NCBI GenBank assembly: GCA_000934665.2
Contig: KZ538415.1
Coordinates: forward strand, 53,445 to 73,444
From: Catajapyx aquilonaris
Lineage: Eukaryota
DNA length: 20,000 bases
Reading direction: 5' to 3'
Position 1 is the stretch's first letter, and every line of letters starts with the position of its first letter. Positions 1 through 10,013 of the stretch are shown here, piece after piece. The notes under the pieces are model-generated. The model saw only the letters and a program-made list of their open reading frames with translations, made no database searches and had not been told where the DNA came from. A program made the translations under genes and the position numbers.

Positions 1-1328
1 CACTGGAAAAAACTGGCGGAGAAAGTTCGTGTACATAAATCCTCCATTTTTGGTCCAGAAAATGCTGAAAGTCTATCGGAAAAAGGATAATAGTTTTAAT
101 GGTATTATACCCAAGGTCCCACGAGTTTTAGCGAATATCCGGTTGAATGGGTGCTCATTCTTTCAATTTGGCTCAATATCCACGGTTCGCAATAATTGGC
201 ATTGTTGTCACGTCCTGTGGACTTAGATTGCTGTGCGGAAACTGGAATGTCCATTTTTTCGCTTAACTTGAGATAAGATGGACTTAACCCTCTTTTTTTT
301 GTTTGTTTGTACGACGCCAATATTGTGGTCAAAATATGTTGAAGCAAACACACTGTTTTGACCTAGGAGGGGGTCATAGAGTCAATATTTTGCTGGAGCT
401 TTTGTGCGCGGGTGTAAACATCGCAATTATTTTCATGGTGTCGTCTGCGAATCTAATTATTTATGACATTTTTTTTGCAATAAATTCTAAACCGAGATGA
501 TTATCCGCATTGGGATAACGTGGCCTCAATCCCCTGGTAATTTATTATGCCCTCAGGTAAAAGTGGACAGTAACATCCGGGACTGTACTTGGGACATTTT
601 CAAAGGCTCATTTGCACCTAGTGTGAACTGCAGGATGTAATCAACCAAATTAGATCATAACAATGGTGCAATTTAATATTTATATGAAAAGCAATGGTTT
701 GAACATACAAGCCTTCATTTACAAGATGAGTCACATCCTGATCAGTTTGGAATATACTTAGTCGTACATTAGAGATAAATAATTTTGTAAAGATTTTAAT
801 CTTGAAAGCGATTAAATTACTGTATGACTTATCATTTATTACGAGAGTGTCCTGATCCCCGAATTTATTTATTCTAAATATATCGTATTCATTAATATGT
901 ATTAATGTATATCATTTATTTCCCCCCAATACGCCCTTCTAGGGCCATCACAGGGTAATAAAAAAAATTTAAAAAATTAATTTCGTTCATTTACAATTAA
1001 ACAATTTTTAACAAACAAATACCATATACGTCACGCTACATCAGATAGACTACCTCTGCAAGTGTTTCGCATTTGTAGCCTACGTTACGAGGAGCACATG
1101 ACACACATCATCGTCTCCAATGTCGCGGAACACCAAGCACAATAATTATGAAGGCGCAACGGAACGCGTGTTCAGAACCATCAAGACATTTCCTGACAGC
1201 GAAAGTGAACCGATTCAGGTCACTAGCTATACGTGAACTACCGGTACAAAAAAAACAAAAACTGACCAGTATTAATACGAAGAACTACTTCCTGGAACTT
1301 CTCACTATGTGTGTACCTGCTACACATA

Positions 1329-2480
1329 ATGGAAGCACAGTCTGACTTGGAGTTGTTCCTGGAAGGTACGACGGTACCGAACGACACCGTACACTCACTG
1401 GACGAGACGCCTCCTTGGCTGGACAAGGTGAAGTTCAGACGCGGACAGCAGTTTGTCCGGAAGAACTTCTTCGCAGTTATCGTCGCATCGGCCTTGTCCC
1501 AACTGAACAGCATAACGTGGCCACCCATCGTCAGCGTCCTGTCCTTCTACGGGAAGTACAACAGTCTGGACGTCCTGTCCCGATTGAGCCTCAGCCTCGG
1601 AGCGCACATCGTGGTGTGGTCAGAGGGCGACCTCTGGGATCCTAAATGCACAGCGTACAAGGCAATGTCCCATGCCCAGCAGACGCACCGAAAGTTCTGC
1701 CTGTACGCCAACAAGCATCGGGACAGAGTGGACAAGGCCAAGCTGGACATGTCCAGGCAGCCGGACATACTCGCCAAGTGCAAGATGGCTCCTTTCGTCA
1801 AGAGGGATCTGGACGCACCGGGACACCGGTATTCGTCAGTGTGTCCGGTGATACCTCCGGACAATGCGGTGTATATCAGCCAATCGGACATGATCGGAGC
1901 GGTGATAAGCGTGGTTGGTCCGATCGTGTCCTATCCTGAGAAGCTGGGTGTCCACGGAGTGTCCCAGGAAGAGCTGGCGGACTTTGTCCACCTCTGGAGA
2001 GTTTTCGCGTACTACCTGGGCGTCCAGGATAGGTACAACGTGTGCGGACGGACGCCGGACAAGGTGGCCTCCTTCTTCTGGACCATGTTCGAGTCACTGG
2101 GGATACCGAACATGAAGAACTCCACATTGGAACACGAGTATTTCTGCAAAATAACGTTGAAAAGCTACACACACGTGTACCCTTTCCTGTCACCTATATT
2201 CAACCACTCTGAGGTGGTTGCTCTGTACATGACCTGGGTCACCAACTGCGAGTACCTCTTGAACCACACCTACGAACATGTGTCTTGGTACCACCTGGCT
2301 CTCTTCAAAATGATCAAGTTCGGGTTCCTTTTTGTCTGCAGGGTCAAGCCCCTAGCATTTGTTTGGAACGAGGTCACCAGGCTGTGCTTCAAACACTGCA
2401 TGGCCAGGAAGGTCAATCTGGACAAACTTTATGGACATCACCATAAGATAGTGGATGACTCAAGGGACAATGAATGGTGA
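1329..2480 (+). CDS. DUF2236 / MpaB'-Lcp (ER-bound oxygenase / rubber oxygenase-like) catalytic domain protein, paralog 1, intronless, 383 aa
   Basis: First ATG at 1329 inside ORF 1311-2480. Carries motifs typical of arthropod DUF2236 proteins: PPWLDKVKFRRGQQF, H-x3-W-x-EGDLW, putative haem-ligand His in AQQTH, ISQSDM, and FVHLWRVFAYYLGVQDRYNVC. Clearly homologous to 7847-9028 and 16942-18123. Confidence 0.85.
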   Translation: MEAQSDLELFLEGTTVPNDTVHSLDETPPWLDKVKFRRGQQFVRKNFFAVIVASALSQLNSITWPPIVSVLSFYGKYNSLDVLSRLSLSLGAHIVVWSEGDLWDPKCTAYKAMSHAQQTHRKFCLYANKHRDRVDKAKLDMSRQPDILAKCKMAPFVKRDLDAPGHRYSSVCPVIPPDNAVYISQSDMIGAVISVVGPIVSYPEKLGVHGVSQEELADFVHLWRVFAYYLGVQDRYNVCGRTPDKVASFFWTMFESLGIPNMKNSTLEHEYFCKITLKSYTHVYPFLSPIFNHSEVVALYMTWVTNCEYLLNHTYEHVSWYHLALFKMIKFGFLFVCRVKPLAFVWNEVTRLCFKHCMARKVNLDKLYGHHHKIVDDSRDNEW

Positions 2481-2577
2481 TTGTTGGTATTGCATGATTT
2501 GTCCATGGGATGTCCGTAGGATATCCACTGGTTGTCCATATAGGACGCTTTTGTGGATTATTGTCAAGAAAGTGTCT

Positions 2578-2778
2578 ATGTGGACTGTCCATAAGGTTCT
2601 CCCCGTACGGAATGTCCACTGGATGTCCACTAGATGTCCATGTGGACTGTCCATAAGGTACTCCCCGTATGGAATGTCCACTGGATGTCCACTAGATGTC
2701 CATGTGGACTGTCCATAAGGTGCTCCTTGTATGGAATGTCCACTGGATGTCCACTAGATGTCCATGTGGACTGTCCAT
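2578..2778. repeat. 62-bp tandem repeat (about 3.25 copies) within a GGATGTCCA-rich, probably transposon-derived tract (about 2498-3104)
   Basis: Unit ATGTGGACTGTCCATAAGG...GGAATGTCCACTGGATGTCCACTAGATGTCC starts at 2578, 2640 and 2702, with a partial copy at 2764. Confidence 0.9.
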
Positions 2779-3175
2779 TTACTACCTGATTACTACGTCC
2801 TGATTGTAATTATTGTAAATATAATGAACAGTAATTTGTGGACATCCACGTAGTTTGTCCCACGCACCAACATGTCCATAGAGAGAACAGTGTAAAAATA
2901 AATATGGTTATAATAAAGGGCGTTGGTTATTGCCTGTATTTTGAGGGGCTGTGTTTGTGTGGAGGCGTAGTATATTTCGCAAACAACTTTCGACGCATTG
3001 TTGTGGCTTCATCTTGTGAGAGAACTATTGTTGAGGCTTCATCCATCGTGACCTTTTCTTCCATTTCGATTGAGGCAACAATTTCATATTACTGTGCTAA
3101 CAGGTAAGGGAGAGTGAAAAAAATAGTCAACGTCACAGTTTAATAATATTTTAGAAAAAAAAAATCCAGATAAAA

Positions 3176-3500
3176 TATTAGTTTAAAATAGCCTGTTAAC
3201 TATTACTTTAAAATAGCTTGTTAACTATTACTTTAAAATACTGTAGCTTATTGTTAACTGTTACTTGATAAATATCCAAAAGCAGATAAAATATTAGTTT
3301 AAAATAGCTTGTGAAATAGATTGTGAACTATTAGTTTGAAATAGCTTGTGAAATAGATTGTGAACTATTAGTTTGAAATAGATTGTGAACTATTAGTTTG
3401 AAATAGCTTGTGAAATAGCTTGTGAAATAGCTTGTGGACTATTATCTTAAAATAGCTAGTTAACCATTACTTGATAAATATCCAAAAACAGATAAAATAT
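3176..3500. repeat. AT-rich degenerate minisatellite
   Basis: Repeated AAATAG(C/A)TTGT(G/T)AACTATTA(G/C)TTT(G/A) units of about 25 bp and shorter GAAATAGCTTGT units. Confidence 0.8.
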
Positions 3501-3829
3501 ATGATGTTAACTCTTAGTATAAATGGCTTGTTATTCACTGTTATAAATATCACATTAACTATTAGTTCTCTCAATAGCTTCTCATTTTATTAACCTTAGG
3601 CTTTTGTTAATTATTAGTTTCTCATCACTCTTGGTTTCATTAATAGCTGATTAATTATAAGTTTTATTAATAGCCACTTATCCTATAACTAGTAGGCTGT
3701 ATTAATTCCATCAATATTTTGTTCGCTTTTGGGTTCATTAATATTAATATATAATTAATATATTAATTATAAGTTTCAATCATACCTGATTAATTAGTCA
3801 GTTAGATTAATTACTTTTATTAATTTTAT

Positions 3830-4038
3830 CATACCCCGTGCTCGAGCCTTTCGCTCCCTTAGGGGGGTGGATTACCACCATTGGATGGGACCAGGGATAG
3901 GGAAGGATTGAAGCGGCTGTGGCCTATTTTTACGGAAACGACCCCGGAATTGTCCTTGGAGGGGAGGGGGGCAATGGAAAACCACTGTCAGGGTCGCCGG
4001 CCGCGGCCCCGGGATACGAACCCAGGACCTGCTTCGGT
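3830..4038 (-). mobile_element. tRNA-derived SINE, family A, internally deleted copy
   Basis: Reverse complement matches 4447-4626, and it is colinear with 9734-10013 (GAAGCGGCTGTGGCCT core; CATACCCCG...TTAGGGGGG tail). The A-box segment is deleted between GGACCT and GCTTCGGT. Confidence 0.8.
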
Positions 4039-4149
4039 ACTATTTCTAAGTTCTATCAATAGCTTATTATTTTTTTCCTTCGTTTATTTATTATTCGTTT
4101 AGAGATGATTCATTGTTAGTTTCATTAATAGCTTATTAAATAGCCTATA

Positions 4150-4423
4150 CTAGCTGCGGCACCCGGCGTTGCACGGGAAGAAATGAATGAAGGGAAAACA
4201 CCTGCCACTACTGCCGTCAACTGTCTGTCTTTCTGTGTGTCCGCCCACCATCTGTGGTCCTGCTACTCCAACCCCTTCAACCTCTCCCGCCTGTATAACG
4301 GCAACCGTCATTTGCCTGCCATCTGTATTCAAAACCCCCAACACCTCCATCCGGTTGGCAGGCGGACAGACAGACAGACAGACAGACAGACACACAGACT
4401 CATAAACGGCTTTATTTATATAG
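4150..4423 (-). mobile_element. Non-autonomous Helitron-like element with (CTGT)n microsatellite
   Basis: On the minus strand: 5' CTATATAAATAAAG, then (CTGT)n, then the 3' hairpin CCCGTGCAACGCCGGG followed by CTAG|T. The 5' dinucleotide reads GC rather than the canonical TC. Confidence 0.7.
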
Positions 4424-4446
4424 CTTGTTTGCAGTACATGTACTGC

Positions 4447-4626
4447 ACCGAAGCAGGTTGGCATAGTGGATAAGGCGTCCGACTGCTAATCGGGAGGTCC
4501 TGGGTTCGAATCCCGGGGCCGGCAACCCTGACCGTGGTTTTCTGTGATTTTCCACGGTCTTTCTAGGATAATTCCGGGGTCGCTTCCGTATAATAGGCCA
4601 CAGCCGCTTCCTTCCTTCCCTATCCT
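4447..4626 (+). mobile_element. tRNA-derived SINE, family A
   Basis: Pol III A box TGGCATAGTGG (4459-4469) and B box GGTTCGAATCC (4503-4513), followed by a non-tRNA body ending GGCCACAGCCGCTTCCTTCC. Three copies in the window. Confidence 0.85.
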
Positions 4627-5045
4627 TGGAGGTTGAAAGGCAATGCAACCTCCTTAAAATATCAATTATAAAGTACAGTTCTTAATAATAATGTCAACAT
4701 TTTAAATAATATCATCTATGCATAGTTCAAAGCTTATTGCTCTTGTCTATAGTTGTTTACTGACTATGGATATGATTACAGGCATGCCCCATGCAGATAT
4801 TTTAAAACATTTCATTATTAATAATGGAGCTTGCTGATTAAAAATACGGCATCGAGCAACAGCGAACGGGCATGCACCCTCACTCATCTCCACGTGTGTT
4901 AATGCAAGATTGCGAATAGGGGTGCAGCTCAGCCTGTTCCGATGTAGATTTCGAGGCCCAGGACGTCATGAACTGAAATTAATCTCCGAAATTATTTATC
5001 CTGAAACTTCCGGACCTCCACCTCACCAGGAGTTAACTAGACTTG

Positions 5046-5870
5046 ATGGGGCCTGGATCTGAAGGCAGAGCAACAACACAGACTCAGGTATGCGAATAAT
5101 ACATGATCATATTGCGGTTGGGTTGTGTACCATGGGTGACAGGTGGTTGGGACAAATCCAAGCACTTCATGTCAATTTGAAGCTAAGTACATTTTGAAGA
5201 GTCCGTACATGTTCATACAGGATATGACCGACACTGAGGATTCAGCCGGGGCGACCGCAATCCTGCTGCAGGAAGCAGGTGAGAAAGGGGACGCAGGCGT
5301 AGAGAACCCTGGAGTGAAACCGGCCATGCAGGAAATTAGCCTCGAGCAAGGAGACTCTGCGGTTGAAGAAAATGGCGCAAGGGACAGGCCGGTCGCCAAG
5401 AAGGAGCCAAAACGGATCCTGCACTTCAGCGACGGAACACTCGAAGAATATTCAGACTCCGACGAGGAGGAGGAGCCGGATAAGTCGTCCATCCACAGAG
5501 AGAAGCAGGTACTGATCGTAATTAGTACACACTTGCAGGGTGTTCACTTCCTCGTTGCTAGGTTGTCGACCCCCACACTTTGGCATGGATGCCATGGTTC
5601 CGCTACCATGTGGGCAGCCTCGGAGAGAAGACTCTGAAGGCGTGCGATTATGTCGGGGAGCCTCTGGCTAATTTCCTGGGCATTACGACGTCCAGGTACG
5701 AGTGGGAGTTGGAGGAGTACAAGCGGAGGAAGGCGGAGGAGGACGAGGAGAAAGGTCGGCAGGAAGCGGAGATGAAAGGATGGGTCGAACCTGGAAGAGA
5801 GGTGGACGGAAGCAGGCAGGTGGTGGAGCAGCCTCTCGCAACGCATTCGGAGGTGTCGGAGCACATATAA
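5046..5870 (+). CDS. FAM177A1: FAM177 family protein, about 212 aa; join(5046..5087,5221..5508,5562..5870)
   Basis: PKRILHFSDGTLEEYSDSDEEE and VDPHTLAWMPW...CDYVGEPLANFLGITTSRYEWELEEY match the FAM177 signature. Phase-0 GT-AG introns at 5088-5220 and 5509-5561 join the ORF-track pieces in frame. Exon 1 is less certain (alternative start ATG 5224). AATAAA at 6044 and 6292. Confidence 0.9.
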
Positions 5871-7000
5871 AAATACGCAAAGGAGCCCTCCGTTGCCCAA
5901 TGCAAATTCCACTATGGAGTACATGAAGATTGGTGCAACTATTAATACAACTTTATTTAACAGATTTACGCATATTTGTGGAGTCGCACACGTTGACTAA
6001 CATCTGGTGTGGATTTTCACGTTTTGTCGGTTTTAATGCAGGCAATAAATTTGTACAGTGTTCATCAACAGTAGCTGATTTGTACGATGGTGGATCAAAT
6101 GAAAGTGTAAGTTTAAACTTCATTAAAGGTCTGTATTGCCCTTTTCACTTTCATATGATCAGCCTTCGTACATTTTACGTTGCTGCAAAGAGGCGCACAT
6201 GTGCGAGGCCTTACTTTTGTATCTCTAAAACTAGTCATTATAATTCACTTGAGTTTTATGCTTGCACAGAGATTGTGTTTACACTTTTGTGAATAAAATC
6301 TTGCACTAAATATCTGCATTTAATTTCTGGCTGGTGATTGACATGAACCGAAGCAGACGTTGCTTGTTGGTAATTCAAGTCCATCCAATGATAAGTCAAT
6401 CTCTGGATGTGTAATAATTATTTATGAAGTAATGCCTTCAGGTTCTTTTTCAATGCTGGTAGTGATGATGAATCGTACAAGCCATGACTTTTTACTGATT
6501 CTTTTGCAATACGCATGGCGTTCTAATATCTTCGACAATCAGGGATATTTTTTACAGACACATTTCATCCAATACCTCGAAGCATTTCAATATCTTTGCA
6601 AAATCCTGTTATGAATATATGCTTTTGAAGCCAATCAAATGCAATTGCAAATTATCTGGAATTATTTTTTAGAACAAGAAATTGAGATGTTTTTTGATGC
6701 TTTTAGGCAAGGAGGATCTACTTACGTCTAGCAATTACGAAAGATGACCAGTTTTTCTATACCGTGCGAGGTATTCCCCTTTAGTAATGATTTTAAAATT
6801 TCCATCAATATCTTGGGCAATCACCATCACATGCGAAGGGTTTTGCTAAATGGTATGACTGTTGGGTCATGAGAAATTGCAGGAGATGAAAATCAATTCT
6901 GGGCTTTATCATTCAAATTAATTCGAGAAATTCACATTTGCAATATATTTCCCAAATAAGTAACCTACATGTCCTATAAATGTAAAATAGTAAAAATATA

Positions 7001-7565
7001 CAGGGTGTAAATGAATTCAACCGACAAACTTCTAGGGGTGATAGAGGGGACCAAGACAAACATTTTTGACAAAGGAAACCGTGTCCGGAAACGCAATCTA
7101 GAAGGGGTTCATAGACAAGGAACGGGCGGTGCGCTCAGACGCGTCACAGGAGAGGTGCTAGGTGAGCGGATTGTTTTGTTGGTAGATGGCGCTTGGATAG
7201 TAACCAACGATGCGATGTGCCATAACGTGGCAACAACAGAGTCATCTAGCCACTAAAGTCCGCCTCCTAGGAGACGTGCGGATAGTCAACTGCGGTTCTG
7301 TTGTTGCCAGGTTATGGCGTATGGTGTTGTTGTTTACTTACAACGACGCGATACCCCATAATCTGGCAACAACTGCACGCCATCTATCAACAAAACAGTC
7401 CTCTCGACTAGCACTTCTCGCGTGACGCGTCTGAGCACACCCGTTCCTCGTCTATGAACCCCCTCTAGATGGCGTTTCCGGACACGGTTTCCTATGTCAA
7501 AAATGTTTGTCTTGGTCCCCTCTATCACCCCTAGAAGTTTGTCGGTTGAATTCATTTACACCCTG
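7001..7565. mobile_element. Tc1/mariner-type MITE (fold-back, 565 bp)
   Basis: TA|CAGGGTGTAAATGAATTCAACCG ... CGGTTGAATTCATTTACACCCTG|TA. Inverted arms of about 190 bp plus an inner inverted pair (about 7219-7240 / 7297-7319). TA target duplication. Confidence 0.92.
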
Positions 7566-7710
7566 TATATGCAAATATTCGCAGGCCATTGTTACACCAA
7601 GCTATTGCACTATGCCCATTTGATCTTCGAAAAAAAGAGACGGGAGCACCTCAGTTAATCATTACTTTTTTTTACATTGCAGGTTTCAGTTTTTTGATCA
7701 TTAATGTCTC

Positions 7711-7790
7711 ATTTGCATCATACTTTCCGCATCATCACTATCATGATTGCAAAAGTTTTCATCAACTAGCCATAAAACACGGCTATATAA
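7711..7790 (+). promoter_or_regulatory. Putative core promoter of oxygenase paralog 2 (octamer + TATA box)
   Basis: ATTTGCAT at 7711-7718 and TATATAA at 7784-7790, about 60 nt upstream of the ATG. Both are conserved in the duplicate (16809, 16880). Confidence 0.55.
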
Positions 7791-7846
7791 GTGACTGCTG
7801 AACACATTCAGCTTCTGATTTGTATTGACGCGACTCCAAGCTTGAG

Positions 7847-9028
7847 ATGGCTCCAAACAATAAGGACGAGTCTTACACAAGCATTGAGCAATACTTGAGT
7901 GCCTGCAATGTTCCATACACGAAGGTCCATTCCCTGGATGAGACACCGCCCTGGTTGGACAAGGAGAGATTCAGACGTGGACAGGCCTTCGCCAGAAAAC
8001 ACTTCTTCGGCGTCATAGTGTCCTACGCCTTGGCCCAGTTCAGCGCCGTGTTCTGGACTCCTGTCTTCAACTTCCTGACCTATTTCGGCAAGTACGACAA
8101 GCTGGAACTACTGGCCAGGACCAAACTCAGCATCACCTCTCACATCCTGACCTGGACGGAAGGTGACCTGTGGAATCCGGAGGACCCGGCTTACCAGAGC
8201 ATGAAACACGCCCAGAACATACATCTGAGGCTGGGAAAGTACGCCAACAAGCATAAGGAGAGAGTGGACAAAGTCAAGCTGGACATGTCGAAGGAACCGG
8301 ACATTTCTGAACAGTGCAACTTCATGCAGTTCCTCAAGAAGGACATTTCAGCACCTGGACACAGGTACTCATCCGCTTGTCCTTTCATTCCGCCAGAAGA
8401 CTCTGCATACATGAGTCAAGCGGATTTGGCTGCGACCTCATTGTTGATGATAGGCACTGTTGTGGTTTGTCCGGAAAAGGTTGGTATCCACGGAGCGACA
8501 GAAGAGGAGATCAGTGATGTCATGTACATGTGGCGGGTGTTTGGGTACTACCTTGGAGTCGAGGACAAGTACAACATTTTGTCAAAAAGTAGGAAGGAAG
8601 TGAAAGCTCTCTGGCAGGAAGGGCTGGAGAAGATTCACATTCCGGCTATCAAGACGCTGGAGAAGGACAAGGAGTACTTCTGGAGGATAATGTTTAAGAG
8701 TTTCGGGCTGTTGTCTGTTTTTGCAACTCCCATACAAAATTGCATTGAAGTGGCAGTCCTTTTCGTAGTCTGGATCTTGGAAATTGAAGACCTGATGGTT
8801 CACACTAACCGACATATCAAATGGTATCACCGTGCATTATTCAAGGTCTTTCAATTTTGGGTGTACATTGCTTGTCGGGTAAGGCCAATTGCATACTTTT
8901 GGAATGAACTGAACAGATTAATTATAGTTTCTGTCATAAAGAAGCATGGACTACATCACAGTCAAAGGGTCGAAAAGTTTAAAGATTCGTATGTAGTATC
9001 TGGGATGCACGTACAGCACAAAGGGTAA
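7847..9028 (+). CDS. DUF2236 / MpaB'-Lcp oxygenase-like protein, paralog 2, intronless, 393 aa
   Basis: Intact ORF with PPWLDKERFRRGQ, AQNIH, MSQADL and WRVFGYYLGVEDKYN. TATA box upstream, AATAAA at 9231. Confidence 0.87.
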   Translation: MAPNNKDESYTSIEQYLSACNVPYTKVHSLDETPPWLDKERFRRGQAFARKHFFGVIVSYALAQFSAVFWTPVFNFLTYFGKYDKLELLARTKLSITSHILTWTEGDLWNPEDPAYQSMKHAQNIHLRLGKYANKHKERVDKVKLDMSKEPDISEQCNFMQFLKKDISAPGHRYSSACPFIPPEDSAYMSQADLAATSLLMIGTVVVCPEKVGIHGATEEEISDVMYMWRVFGYYLGVEDKYNILSKSRKEVKALWQEGLEKIHIPAIKTLEKDKEYFWRIMFKSFGLLSVFATPIQNCIEVAVLFVVWILEIEDLMVHTNRHIKWYHRALFKVFQFWVYIACRVRPIAYFWNELNRLIIVSVIKKHGLHHSQRVEKFKDSYVVSGMHVQHKG

Positions 9029-9313
9029 CTTCATACGCTTCAAGCCCAACCTTTCTCATCAAATGTTCTGTAGAGTCTGATGTAGTTTATGTTATACAGT
9101 ATGTTCCTCGTCTGAGGCGAAACCAGGATGCAATGGATATGCATCATGTTTGTAAACATAAGATGCAAAATAATTCTTCAATTAGCAAAATGTAATGAGG
9201 TGTTCGGCAGTGTGTTAATATCTATGAACAAATAAACTTATTATGCATATTTGCCTAATTTTCATTGGACATTTTATCATTAGATAGTCATTCATAGCAA
9301 AATGTAATGAGGT

Positions 9314-9705
9314 TTATTGGTTTGGTTTATTCGGAAGAAGCCAAAGCAACTGTGGCTATCTGGCTATAGAAGACGCAAAGGTGGGACAGATGGAGAGAGA
9401 AACGAAGAGGAAAAAGAAGAGAGGAAAGACTGGTATCTCTCTTAGTCTGTCTCCTATCCCAAAGACCTGTCCGGCTTGGGCGGCCCTACCAGTAGACGAA
9501 GCTACCGCCGGCGTAGCTCTTGGGGTCACGGGAGAAACGCAAACCCCACCACCACGATAAGGTGGAGATACCATCGGGGGGAGATCATCTTACCTCGCGG
9601 ATTCAAGCCAATCACGCAGTCCGTGATAGTTGAACTCCCAACCACGAGATGGCATGGCAAGAGCAGCTTAAAAGTCATTGGCGCCTTTTTCAAGCCAATC
9701 CGGGG
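9314..9705 (-). mobile_element. Short non-autonomous retroelement carrying an RTE-type 5'UTR motif
   Basis: Interrupts AATGAGGT/GTTTGGCAGT, which is intact at 18293-18310, with GAGGT on both sides (9309, 9706). The minus strand reads CACCTTATCGTGGTGGTGGGGTTTGCG...GAGCTACGCC...TAGGGCCGCCCAAGCCGGACAGGTC, resembling RTE/BovB/Expander 5'UTRs as recalled. AAACC-type tail. Confidence 0.65.
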
Positions 9706-9733
9706 GAGGTGTTTGGCAGTGTATTAATATCTA

Positions 9734-10013
9734 ATAATTCATACCCCGTTATCAGCCTTTTTCGGCTCTTTAGGGGGGAAGTTTATCTTTTGCCTGGAAC
9801 TCATTGCTTTCATTTTACTGCACTTTTTGGGATGGGATAGGGGCGGAAGGAAGCGGCTGTGGCCTGTTAATTACGGAAACAACTGGAATTTTCCTGGAAG
9901 GACCGTGGGAAACCACAGAAAACCACGGTCAGAGTTTCCGGCCCCGGGATTTGATCCCAGGACCTCCCGATTAGCAGTCGGACACCGTATCCCCTATTCC
10001 AAACTGCTTCGGT
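9734..10013 (-). mobile_element. tRNA-derived SINE, family A, full length with target site duplication
   Basis: Homologous to 4447-4626. Flanked by GTGTATTAATATCTA (9719-9733) and GTGTATTAAATATCTA (10014-10029). The empty site is visible at about 18309-18323. Confidence 0.9.

Noticed and set aside
1..630. Possible DNA transposon remnant at the window start
   Set aside because: No matching terminal repeats within the window and no recognisable ORF.
1024..1034. ATATACGTCAC shared upstream of paralog 1 and the peptide gene (10927-10937)
   Set aside because: An 11-mer match is expected by chance in 20 kb, so it is not evidence of co-regulation.
1395..2193. Overlapping alternative-frame and antisense ORFs within paralog 1 (likewise in paralogs 2, 3 and FAM177)
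   Set aside because: Shadow ORFs of GC3-rich coding sequence with no recognisable protein features.
2578..2778. CRISPR-like array
   Set aside because: Units are contiguous near-identical 62-mers with no unique spacers, no cas genes, and a eukaryotic context.
4447..4520. Functional tRNA gene
   Set aside because: It has A and B boxes but no convincing acceptor stem. It continues into a body shared by three dispersed copies, one with a TSD, so it is a SINE head.
5143..5637. 164-aa ORF as a standalone gene
   Set aside because: It reads through introns; the spliced FAM177 model explains it and ORF 5580-5870.
7011..7555. Two similar ORFs (MNSTDKLLGV...) on opposite strands
   Set aside because: Artefact of the MITE's inverted arms.
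9586..9705. Canonical HDV-like ribozyme
   Set aside because: A P2-like pairing (TCTTGCC/GGTAAGA) and a P4-like hairpin exist, but there is too little sequence for P3/L3/P1, and a simple long hairpin fits better.
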